Shown here: one piece after another, positions 1 through 11,500 of the stretch | Layout: each line of letters opens with the position of its first letter | How positions within the stretch are numbered: position 1 is the stretch's first letter | Origin: Rotaria socialis | Lineage: Eukaryota | NCBI GenBank assembly: GCA_905331295.1 | Contig: CAJNYD010000002.1 | Location: forward strand, 62,001-126,000 | Reading direction: 5' to 3' | DNA length: 64,000 bases | Notes under the pieces: model-generated | Databases searched by the model: none | Seen by the model: the letters and a program-made list of their open reading frames with translations, nothing else | What the model was told of the DNA's origin: nothing | Made by a program: the position numbers and the translations under genes

Positions 1-436
1 GGTTCAGTACTCGAGATCGGAAACACCACACTTTGCCATACATTCGTCATTCCGTAGAATTTTGACTGTATGCTGTTCAAGAATTTTCGAACGTAGCATA
101 TTTTACTGGATGTTTTATGATCATTTTGTAGGTCTTCAAAAGCTCTATCTGCAGGTTACTAGCGCGTCTGTGTAATGTGTTGCTGGCTGCTACGACAGTC
201 ACTACAGTGTATGTTTTATTGTAGAGATGTACTGTTTGTAGACGGAGACTAAAACCTTTTGAAGATGTCCTGTAAAAGCTCAGAATCGTGTACTCACACA
301 CAGTACAGATTGAAATGGTTGTTAGAACTCATTTTTGAACTGATTTTCATTTAGGGCCGTTTTGTGTACAAAGTGTCCCCCCTCCTTTAAAAAACTATTT
401 ATTACAATTTTTGTTTTAATTTAATTCTATTTTAAG

Positions 437-1983
437 GATGATATACCAGTTAGACCAATTGAAAGTACTATTCATGCTTCAACAACAAAAATTTCCAAAT
501 TTTTAGACAAAATTTTACGATCAATATTTGATGATAAATGCAAGGATACAACCATTATTGATGGTGCCTCTTTAATTTCTGATCTTTCAAAATATAACAA
601 AAAAGGTCTCTTAAAGTCAACAACTCTTTTTTGTACATTTGATATTCGTAATTTATATACAATGATACCACAGGAAGAAACATTGAATACTCTTATGACA
701 TTTCTTGTTACACATGGTTATAGAAAAGTGAAGGGAATTAGTATTGATACAATAAAAAAATTAGCTTCCATTGTAATTAAAGATAATGTTTTTGCTTATG
801 GTGAAAAAATTTATAAACAAACAACTGGTGGTGTTATGGGTTCATCATTTACATTAACATTAGCTAATATTTTCATGTCGGAATGGCAAAAGCAAATTGT
901 AGAAGAACAAACAAAAACAGGCGAATTATATGGCCGGTAAATGACAAGAAATAAATAAATCAATCACTATTTTAGAGAAACAAAACACTTTTCTTTTTTA
1001 GATACATCGATGATGTTTTTATGACTTGGAATAAATCTGAAGAAGAATTACGAAAATTATTAGACGATGTAAATACATGGCATCCAATATTAAATTAGAC
1101 TCCAAAATTGGTAATAGTCCCGCATTTCTTGATGTACAACTTACAAATAATAATGGAACATTGGCAACATCTGTTTATCACAAACGTGCAGCTGAACCAT
1201 ATGTTACACCATTTACCTCTGACCATCCTCGTCATGTTTTCGCAAATATTATTAAAACTTCTATTGAACGTGCAACAAGATACTCATCCACATTTGAAGA
1301 CTTTAATAATGAACGACGTAACATAAAATTCATGTTACTCTATAACGGGTAAGTTAATAAAAAAAAAAAAATGAAAAGAATTTTATTTAATTCTATATCT
1401 TACAGATATCCATTGACATTTATTGAAAATGAATTCAAGAAATATTTTTCTGAATATATATCAATATCACCATTTTTACATTTCATCGATGACGAAAAAA
1501 AATACAACCATACAAGGCAAAAATTATTAGGTCAACCAACACTTCGCCAATCACAAGTAGCAATGAGTGTGGCCCAAGCTAACATTGACAATGATGGAGC
1601 AGATGATCGATTAAATCAACCAAATGAATCTACAAAACAAACGGAAAACAAAACTTTCAATTTTGATGAAAAATTATTTATACATTTTACACATGAAAAC
1701 CGTTTCCATACATATAGGCGAGACATGCACCAAATATACGAAGACGTCTTTCAACAAACACCAGCCATGAATACACGATTGATCGTTGGTAACCGGAATC
1801 GTCGTGAGACTCAAAGCGAACTGATACGGAAGCGTCCAACCAAAGCGATCTTACAAAATAAAATAACAAAAAGTAAGTTACAGAAAAAAAAACATCAAAA
1901 AATCTTTCGCAAAAAAATTAAACATTCAACCTTTTTTCTCTAATTACCTAGAACCAGTGATGCGAACGACTACAACGAACTGA
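437..1983 (+). pseudogene. Athena-type (endonuclease-deficient Penelope-like) reverse transcriptase, intron-containing, frameshifted; 5' part missing or outside the window
   Basis: Exons 437-936, 1002-1348, 1406-1872 and 1952-1983 are separated by GT-AG introns. They give RT motifs PVRPI, FDIRNLY, QTTGGVMGS, R|YIDD, FLDV, SVYHK and SDHPRH. A 1-nt deletion near 1087 (CATCCAATATT versus WNPNIK in the other copy) shifts the frame. No GIY-YIG domain follows the thumb. Confidence 0.88.
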
Positions 1984-2274
1984 ACGAGATAAAAGTCCAA
2001 TTTTAATCCAACAAACCATAACGAGAAAAGCAGGCAAAGATCTGCAACATGTCGATCAAACAAGAAAACAAAAAAAAACACTTTAAAACACTTTAAAAAC
2101 ATTTACCTTTCCGAAATTGTCAACTGCAACTATTAGAAAATAAAACAAACTTCTGAGCAAATAAAATGAATTGAATTTATCATCATATAAAATAAGAATT
2201 ATATTATATGACAGTTTATAAATTAATCTTTTGATTTTTTTGGAATTTTTTCTTTGAAAATTATTAGAATTATT

Positions 2275-2321
2275 TACCATTTGATGATCTGCGTTGCTGC
2301 AGTGAAATCTAGATTATGGTA
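2275..2321 (+). ncRNA. Minimal type I hammerhead ribozyme-like motif (C3U variant) at the Athena 3' end
   Basis: TACCAT-TTGATGA-T-CTGC-gttgct-GCAG-T-GAA-ATCTAGAT-T-ATGGTA. Stem I is TACCAT/ATGGTA, stem II is CTGC/GCAG, and stem III is the palindrome ATCTAGAT. TCACACCC follows at 2327-2334. Confidence 0.75.
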
Positions 2322-2966
2322 GCTAGTCACACCCTCAAGACAACAAACAAACCAACATAAGAAAACCTCGGACGATAAAATCTCAAACTATGAAGAAAAA
2401 TTCTTTACTCATTTCACATATGAGAAACGTTTCGAAACCTGCAAACGTGCTATGCATCAATTATATTATCATGCATTGAAAGATACACCAGCAATGTACA
2501 TAAAACAAATCGTCGGCCATCGGATCCGTCGTCAAGCACAAAACGAATTGATCCGTAAACGACCGAACAAAACATTGTTACATAACCAAACGCCTACCAA
2601 AAGTACGTCATACAGCTATAACAAAAAATAATTCAAATAATTTTTTCATGTAAAAAAATTAAAAATAACACTTTTGTTATTATTTAGAAAACTTCGACCG
2701 AAAAGAAACCAACCATACAACAAACTGAAATTATCACTCAGACTGTATCGACAAAATACCAATGATAAGCAAGTTTCGCTACACAAGAAGATCAATCCAC
2801 AAAACTATAAACCGATACATAGAAATATTTCCTGAAAAAAAACTCCCTATAAAATATTAATTCACCCATATAATACAACGAATAAAAACATATGACACTA
2901 ATACAGAATTCTCTCATCATATTTCAAATAGACTTTACAATTTCTTTTTTTCCAGATATATCTCTA

Positions 2967-3336
2967 CCCAGGTCGGCTTATCCGACGACGAATTCTATGG
3001 GATCCTATAGCATTCTACTAACCGAGGAAATTCCATTGGATTCCAGGTCTGGGAATTAATGACGGATCCAACGGGAGAATTTAAAAAAATTATCAAAATT
3101 CTATTTAGCGCAAAAAAGGTTTTTAGAGGTTCACTATAGCAGATGTTTTTGGCGTATCGGATTCCAGAGTAGGATACGATTGGATATGTATCAGATTCCG
3201 ATCCTATATATCCGAATCTCGGTCCGAAACCTGGAATCCAATGCAATCCATTGATTCTCGTGAATTTTCCTACAAAATCCGAGGTAACCCGTTTTCAGAT
3301 CCGATAGGATCCAGTTTTAGGAATGAACCACCTGGG
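2967..3336. mobile_element. MITE with CCCAGGT termini inserted in Athena unit 2 (CMC/EnSpm-like)
   Basis: TA-CCCAGGT...ACCTGGG-TA, with many internal GGATCC/ATCCGA motifs. Confidence 0.7.
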
Positions 3337-3551
3337 TACAAACAATTCGGGAAACTACGATAATTCATATCCGAAAATGCGAAATGAAATCTAAACCGGT
3401 CTTGGCCGCTGTTCACACTACTGTATAAAGAATTTATCAACATTTATATACGAGTTATTTTTAATTCTATATTTATGTGAGATATAAATTAATCTTTTGA
3501 TTTTTTAAATTTTATTTTGAATTTAATTTAATTTAATCATAGGGATTATTT

Positions 3552-3595
3552 GCCAACTGAAGAGTCCCTTAAACAAGGACGAAACCGGTCTTGGC
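3552..3595 (+). ncRNA. Canonical minimal type I hammerhead ribozyme
   Basis: GCCAA-CTGAAGA-GTCC-cttaaacaa-GGAC-GAA-ACCGGT-C-TTGGC. It has the full CUGANGA/GAAA core, paired stems I and II, palindromic stem III ACCGGT, and a GUC cleavage triplet (cut after 3590). Confidence 0.92.
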
Positions 3596-3601
3596 TGCTG
3601 T

Positions 3602-3615
3602 TCACACCCACACCC
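3602..3615 (-). repeat. Telomere-like repeat (TGTGGG on - strand) ending the Athena chain
   Basis: TCACACCCACACCC lies directly after the ribozyme tail. Confidence 0.75.
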
Positions 3616-4485
3616 TCAATCTAGTAAGATATCATTGCTTGAGAAAAAGTGGCTTATGAGAAGACAAGCTGTCTTCGCTCATGTACTAGTGTTCAATATG
3701 CAGTAGATTAGTGCAAGATATTCTAAACCAATGACATTCATAGCGGTACTCTTGAAAAAATGGAAGCCATATGTGTACTAGATCGTGCGTTTATTTAGAA
3801 AACAAAAAGCAAAAGAAAGCTCATAGAAAATACGATACAAGTCACACCTGCGGATAAATCCGAAATTTGAAGTAGAAATGTTCAAAGGCAGGAATAATAT
3901 TTGATATGAAGAAAATGCTCGAATATTTTGTCTGTTGATGCATCGTCGGTACTCCTAGAAACAAGCAATATATAACTTCATTTGTACTTGAATATAAGTT
4001 ACCTACTTTTTTAACTGTACAATTCACGTATTTTACTGATAAATGAGATGATACAGTATGGGATAATTTACTAAGAACATCCATCGTCATCGGAGCCCTA
4101 AGCTTTTTTTCACATGTCTATCTAGCTTGCGAGACTCATAAAATGAGGATGAAGATTAGAAAACTTTCAAAAATCGAATTCATTTAGGCAGAATAAGAAG
4201 TTTAGAACGACGGTTGTCGTGACGGTATCGCTTTGTTTTGATTGATGAGCATGAGCTATGCCATGGTCTTTAATATTCTCTTGTTCCACATTTGACAATT
4301 GCTTTCGTTCAGTGTTGTATTGAAGTCCACGGTGAATAGATATTAGCTCTCGAACAGTAAACGATGCTGCAAAAAAGCAGAACAAACTATAGAAGATATT
4401 CTTCTGCATTGAGTATCTCAGGTTTTTTCAAAACATTTCTCCTTGAAATAGGTCTCTGTGGTTTCGGTTTCAAAACGGTATCAAT

Positions 4486-5190
4486 TAGAGATCAGCGGAG
4501 TCGCATTTTTTCATTTCTAAACCCGATCCGATTCCGACTCCGGGAAAACCCGACTGTTTTTTTGCAGCTTAGTGACATCTAATTCATATCAAATGTTTGA
4601 TATTCTGAAAGGATATATAAGTAAACGAATTAATAAGCAACGAATAGCATCATTGTTATCGACAACAACAGTATCTTCTGAAGAATCAACCTGCACAACT
4701 CCTAAACAATTATGTATCGATGTCGACGATACTTTCAATGATTCTAATAAAGAGAATATTCTGGATTAGTCTATTTTATTTATTCTTTATACTAATGGTT
4801 AATGTCAATATTTTTCTTGTATCATTTGTTTTGCTTAAGATTTATTTATAAAGTTAAAATTAGCATATCTTTGTTTATTATACAATATACTCATGAATTA
4901 ACTTCTATCTAAGTGAAAGTCAGATGATGTGATTTTTGTTGTAATATAGCTCAAACGTTAACTCACGAAAATTTATTTTATCTTCTACTACTTTAGCTTC
5001 GTCACAGTAGAAATCGAATTTCGGAGTCCGGTGCCATTTTTTACTCCGACTCCGACTCCGGAAAATATTTTTTCACGATTCCGATTCCAAGTCCGACTGC
5101 GAAATTTTTATTCTTTTCATTCCGATTACTACTCCGACTCCGTCGGAGTGGGAGTCGGAATCGGGTCTCGGACTCCTGTGCAGTACACTA
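4486..5190. mobile_element. Non-autonomous hAT element
   Basis: 8-bp TSD GTATCAAT at 4478-4485 and 5191-5198. Imperfect TAG...CTA termini and subterminal CCGACT/CCGATT repeats. Confidence 0.8.
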
Positions 5191-6178
5191 GTATCAATGT
5201 ACACAGTATGACAAAGTCAGTTCTCAATCAGATAAAACTTTGTTACCATTTTTTAAAAGATCGATAGAATTAAGATTTGGAGAAAATTACATGTCGGCCG
5301 AGATGGATTATGTTGTCATTTTTTATGCTTGTCTAAAATGAGGGTGTGAGTGTATTGATATGGAAACAAATAAAACGCTGATGCTTAAAGAGAGATTCTG
5401 CCTTTTAGATTTTTCTTCGTTGACTAAACTATTAGTAGAATAAAGAGAATGTTCCGGCATCCAGATATAAAAATGAATACATTTGTACCATCAATCTTAT
5501 CATGCATCAAATATTGTGGATCTAATAAGACCTCTTTCTCTTTCTCCTTCACCCTCATTTACTAACGAACATTCTATGTGAATGGCTGGTAATATGGCTC
5601 GTATAGCAAGATTACATGGATTATCGGATAATTTTAACCATGGTTATATTCACCTACTGTGCAGAATTAAAAAGCGAGATTCTCCGTCCATAACCTGTAT
5701 GAAGAGTTAAGAGCAAGAGAATCATTCTAAAGAACATTCTTTACATCTATTTTCATAACTTCAACGCAACTACCAGCAGTTACTAAAATGATTGAAGATC
5801 AGCATACGAATGAATAATGTTAAATAGTATTTTGTTCAACTTTTGCTATATTCTTCAAACCACATGGTCGATAATTATCGACAGAATTTCGATCATAGGA
5901 TATATTAATAATTGCAAGCAGGACTCTGTTTCGTAATTTTCTGCATTTTAAAGCGAAGATCCACATGCGAAGACATGAACATCGATCACGAAACAAATAA
6001 ATATAGCTAACAATGGTTCTATTCGCACACATCACTCACTTCAAACAACAATTCACAGTTCTTCAGACAACAGATGATTGAATGAAAAAAAGATAAATTT
6101 TAACAAGGCTCTTTTCAAATATTTTTCACAACTAAAGTCAAAGCTTTACACTCAGTGACGCGATCAAGCATACGAGGC

Positions 6179-6632
6179 TGTGAGGCTCACTTTTAGGGAT
6201 GCTTTTATTTAATCTTTATTTTATTTTTTACGCTCAGTCAATGATGCGTTTTCCTTAAATTAATCGATCTTCTGTCGTGAGCTCACGTAGATAGTTATAT
6301 TACCTTGTTTAAGTAAATAGATAATCAATGATGTTTAATAAGATCAATTGATGAAATCAGTAGATTGAAGGAAAAAGTAGATTTATGTAAATAATAATAA
6401 CCGTGAAGAAAAAACAATAAATCTGACAAATGAATATAAGGATAGCTCCTTATATATTCGAACGAGAAAAACTAAACGACGCAATAACGAAAAAACATAG
6501 CTAAGCGAAAAAGATCACATGATCTCAATCATGAGAAGGATTATCCATATCAAATAGAAAACAAGTAAAGAAAATGTATTCCAATGATATGTATAAGTTA
6601 GCGTCATGAAGTGACATCTAGTGACGCTAACA
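6179..6632 (-). repeat. 3' LTR
   Basis: Direct repeat of 14690-15143; only two differences seen by eye. Confidence 0.96.
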
Positions 6633-6646
6633 CCTCCCTCTTTCCG
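6633..6646 (-). other. Polypurine tract
   Basis: GGAAAAGAGGGAGG on the - strand abuts the 3' LTR. Confidence 0.85.
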
Positions 6647-6857
6647 AGACACAAAATTGATTACTACACCCGCTCATCCGATTGGATAAGCTGATTAATC
6701 AATCATGTATACTGTTAGTTACAAGAGGAAAGCGTACACTACATTTTCATGTAAGTGAAATAAACTACTAGAAACGAGAAGAAAAATAGCAAAAAGAATG
6801 AGCAAACACGAAGAAAACAACTTAATAAACTAACATTGATAATCAAAGAAATCAACG

Positions 6858-8093
6858 TTAACTAGTGCTCGTATGGCACCAATCGGAAAAACTGTTCGCG
6901 TCAAAAGAAATCAAATTCAAAATTCGTTCAGCTTGTTGTTTTTGTATGATATTATTGAAATAAACGTAGAGTTTATTACGACGAATTTCAAGTAAATGTC
7001 CATATTTGATTTCTTTATATTTCAGATACGCCTTCAGATCTTTTAATTTCCAAATAGTATCTATGTATTTGATCGACGAATAAGTTTTTCTTTTTTGTTT
7101 CAATTTTTCATGTTGTTTTTTATTACGTTTCTTAACAGCTGTACGTGAACGTGGTATGCATCGAGTGAATGTCGATTTTTTTATTATTAAATCGGCTAAA
7201 TATTGTTCAAGAAAATTCCATAGAATAGATACATATGGAAAACGAATATGTAAACCATCATTGTTAAGATGTTCAACAGTAATGGGAAGATGTAGCATGG
7301 AAAAATCTTTTCGAATCGATAAATCTTCTAATAATATATTATAGTTATTGACATTGGATGACAATGAAGAAATCGATGGAAACAATTTAGATGTTTTATG
7401 GCATGGAAAAACTGAGGTAATTGAAATATCAGCTTTTGATTGTAGATGATCATAATTAAATCGTACTAAATCAATAATATCTTCAAGCTGTTCAATAATT
7501 CGTGGGGCTGATGTATTACGGATTGAATTTGTTCCAATTAAGAACAGAACTCCAACACACGAGGATAGAATAGAGGATATTGATGAAGAAAGAAGTAAAG
7601 ATCTAGTACATAAATTTTTGTCATAGTGATTAATCCATTGTAAACCAGAAATTGGTTTGACGATAATTCTATACGAAGTTGCTTGTAAAACAGGAGGAAA
7701 GTATTTTCCATGGCTATCAGTTAAAAGAAAAAACATAGGTGGTTCTTTCGATGAAATACCTTCAATAGAATTAGTTAAACCAAGCGATGTTGAAAATGAT
7801 AGCTGATGATTTTGAGGTTTTTGGCCTTCGTATAAATTTTTTGGACAATTTTTAATAGATTTTGTGAGAAAATGTTCGTAAGAATCAGATATAGGTTGTT
7901 GACTAAAAGAAGTGGGATGACTAATTCCAGAATTCATAAGATTACTGTTATTATCCGAATGACTCGGAATCAACACAAATGAATTATGAGAATTAGAAAT
8001 AGCACTTGATGAATGACAATAATTTTCGATAATAGATATGTGATTACGTTCAGATGTAAGTCGATGATCGTATGACATGTTAGAAGTATCCAT
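6858..8093 (-). CDS. LTR element ORF3, SGNH/GDSL esterase-like protein in the env position
   Basis: Blocks LLTDSHG, LIGTNS and NNDGLH, a Ser-rich N-terminus and a basic C-terminal segment. First ATG at 8093 (the ORF track starts at a TTG). Confidence 0.8.
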   Translation of the reverse strand: MDTSNMSYDHRLTSERNHISIIENYCHSSSAISNSHNSFVLIPSHSDNNSNLMNSGISHPTSFSQQPISDSYEHFLTKSIKNCPKNLYEGQKPQNHQLSFSTSLGLTNSIEGISSKEPPMFFLLTDSHGKYFPPVLQATSYRIIVKPISGLQWINHYDKNLCTRSLLLSSSISSILSSCVGVLFLIGTNSIRNTSAPRIIEQLEDIIDLVRFNYDHLQSKADISITSVFPCHKTSKLFPSISSLSSNVNNYNILLEDLSIRKDFSMLHLPITVEHLNNDGLHIRFPYVSILWNFLEQYLADLIIKKSTFTRCIPRSRTAVKKRNKKQHEKLKQKRKTYSSIKYIDTIWKLKDLKAYLKYKEIKYGHLLEIRRNKLYVYFNNIIQKQQAERILNLISFDANSFSDWCHTSTS

Positions 8094-8503
8094 TAGCAGA
8101 CTTGAGATGTGACAGACGTGAAAGAGTTGAAAGAGAAAAGAAAACAAAAATGGTTAGGACAGAAAAAAATCTTTTTTTGTTTTTGTTTTTGACATTAATT
8201 CGTTTTCTACAATAGATAGACCCATGATTTAGTATGAATGTAATCCTAAGGCGCCATTGGTTTACACTATATGAACAAAAATAAAGGTCAAACTGATTCG
8301 ACTGAGCTCATCGGGAAAATCAATAATAATTTTCTTGATTGAGAAACAATAGACAATATGTTGTAGTATAGCGAACGAGATTTGAAAAGAGAAGAAAAGA
8401 ACGTCTTGGCGAAATCTGCTAATAGTAAATAATTCGAATGAATAAAGAAATTCGAAAAAACATTTTTTTTATTTTGTATTTTTTTGACAAGTATTAATAG
8501 ACT

Positions 8504-11500
8504 TTATAAGTATTGATCGATTAGAATAGGACGTACGTCCGCAACATGTACATTCGACGATATATGACTTTCCTCATCTTGTATCTCATATATCGGATGA
8601 TGCACTTGTGTAATCACCTTCGGTATTGGTGAAAATTTAGGTTCTAATTTTCCTCTATTACCATGAATTCTTATTAATACCTTATCACCGACTTTGTATT
8701 TCGGATCAAAACGATTACGATTATATCGATTGATGTTATTTTCGTTTTGAAGGATCATATGATGTCTTGCAGCCTGGTGGTAAATGCGCAAGGTTTTTCT
8801 TAACTGCTCAAAATAATCATTTGGTTTAGCAAATGAATAGTACGTTGGTCGTGCATTAAAAGGTAAACGAGGCAAACGACCATAAAGTAACTCATATGGT
8901 GAATATTTCGTTGTTTTATGAATCCCAGTGTTGTAGGCAAAAACAACAGCCTGTAGGTATTCATCCCAATTGTTATCCTCAGTATCTTGTAATTTAGATA
9001 TCTGAGGAATAAAGGTAGCGTTGAACCTTTCAACCATACCATTAGTTTGAGGATGATACTGAGTACTATAGATATGATTATAGCCGATGAGATACTTAAT
9101 ATTCTCCATCAGCTGATTACGAAAATGTGATCCCTGATCACTTAATATCACAGTAGGTACTCCGTATTTACAGAAATATTCATTAAACAGAGTTTGAGCA
9201 GTAGTTTCAGCGGTACAATTAGGTAGTGCTATAGCAGTGATATGACGGGTGAAATAATCAGTAATAACTAACACATACTGATTTTCACGCGGTGTTCGTT
9301 TTAAAGGTCCACAATAGTCTATCCCAATTAAAAGAAAAGGTCCTTCAGGTGGAGTGATGGGACGTAAATGACCGACGTTCTTATGACGACTAATATTAAA
9401 TTGTTTACACAAGAGACACGATCTGATGTACTGCTTAATGGTTGCTTTCATACGGGGCCACCAGTAATAATATTTTATTTTATTATAGGTACGTTCAAAA
9501 GAAAAATGAGCTCCTGTCATCGGGTCATCATGGCATGCTTGAATTAACGATTTTTCCATTGACGCCGGTAAATAAACTACTTCTATTTTTCTTTTAGAAT
9601 GACGTGATGTCGTTATGAGCCTATAAACGATGTTATTCTTTATCACGAATGGTATAGTATCTCGACGATTATGAAGTTCTTTCACAACATTTTGTATACT
9701 AGAATCATTCTCTTGTTCTTGTTTTAGATTAGTTAAATCAAATTCATTATGTGAAAATTTACGTACGAATGACTTATTGACTCTAGGCATTTGCTGTGAT
9801 TGATTATCTTCTTCATCGTGATTTGTTACTTCATTATTCGATGTGTCAGTAGTCGTATGGGATTTATGCTGTTTAAAACGAGATCTTAACACCATAGTTG
9901 CTAGTAAGTTTTTATCTTTCTTATTATAAGATGAAGATGAACTTTGAGAAATTTGTGGTGATAATAATTCAGATTCGTTGAGATTACATTTATTTTCTAA
10001 TCCGTAATCGATCTCGAAAAGATCGTCATTCATTTCATTCGAGTATCTTGAGAGAAAGTCCGGAAGACAATTCTCACGTCCTTTTATATGGACTACTTTA
10101 TCAATATTATACTCCTGAAGTAAATGTGTTATTCGATCGACCCTAGCATTTCGAACAGTCTTCTCCATTATATGACACAACGGACAGTGATCTGTTTTAA
10201 GAACAATATTACGACCTAATAGAAAAGTTCGCATTCTAGTGAAACATTTGTAAATAGCTAACGCTTCCTTTTCTATTGTACTGTATTTACGTTCGCAAAT
10301 AGTCATTAATTGAGAATGATAATACAAATTATGCATCTCGCCTTCTACTTCTTGCTGTAAAACTCCACCGATTCCAATTCCACTAGCATCAGTAGTTAGT
10401 ATCAATGGAATATCGTCTATCGGATAATGAAGAAATAGAGGTTCACGAACTAGCATTTGTTTTAATTCGTGAAAAGCTTTCGATTGAGCGTATTTCCACT
10501 TAAACTTATGACGATTATCTTTTGTTAAATTAGTTACCGAATGTATTGGTGCGGCAACAGTCGCGAAATGTGGAATGAATTTCCGATACCAGCTAAGAGC
10601 CCCGATGAAATTATTCGCTTGAGAGAGAGTATGCGGTTCTTTTAGCTGAATAATCGCTTCGATTTTTTCTTTCATTGGTGTTATATATTGTTTACTGACT
10701 GTATGTCCTAAATAATCAATCTTATTAGTCGCGAATACACATTTTGGGGGATTAAGAACTAGATTCTTTTCTTTTAGAGCAGATAGTACACATTCGAGAT
10801 GGTATAGATGTTGTTCGAACGACTTAGAAAAAATAATGATATCGTCGAGATATACTAAAGAATAGTTACGACAGTTTTTTAATGTATCAGTCATTACCTT
10901 CTGAAAAGTGGGTGGTGAGTTCTTAAGTCCCATAGGTAGAACATTAAACTGATATAGACCGAAGGGAGTGACAAAAGCTGTCTTCTCCTTATCTGCATTA
11001 TTTATCGGTATTTGATAAAAACCTGACTTAAGGTCAAGCTTTGAAAAGCAACTATACCCGTGACCTAATTTACGAATCGTATCCTCCATGTTTGGTAAAG
11101 GAGACGAATCTTTGATAGTTATCAAATTCAATTTCTTATAATCGACGACAAATCTATATGAGCTATCCTTCTTTTTTATCAGTATTGCGGGTGCAGCATA
11201 AGGCGAATGTGATTCAGTAATCAATCCCGCTTGAAGAAATTCTTGCATTAACTGATACATAGCTTGTTCCTTATCTGGTTGAGGATAAGGTTTACAAGCT
11301 GGTGGCGAGTGAGGGACAGTATTAATTACATGATGAATTGATGTTTTAGCTATATTATGTTTGCTAATGTCAAAAGTAGCTGAGAATCGAACTAATAATG
11401 TTCTTAAATTATTTCGATATTTTTCATTTTCGATCGTTTTAACTAAGGTCTCAACATTACTATTGAGTGACGCATTACATGTTTGTATAGCGTTACAAGG

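Larger units (their letters stand above)
2335..3615 (+). mobile_element. Second, 5'-truncated Athena unit of a different subfamily, joined head-to-tail to the first
   Basis: About 2380-2600 translates to KISNYEEKFFTHFTYEKRFETCKRAMHQ...TPAM...NELIRKRPNK, homologous to the RT C-terminus at 1660-1870. It has the equivalent intron (about 2603-2687) and ends in a hammerhead plus TCACACCCACACCC. Confidence 0.8.

Noticed and set aside
1..390. Possible end of a TTAA-type element (…GTGTCCCCCCTCCTTTAA) inserted in an Athena intron
   Set aside because: The other end lies outside the window, so the TIR and TSD cannot be verified.
5290..6100. Coding-like stretch upstream of the LTR
   Set aside because: Stops occur in all frames and no motif is recognisable.
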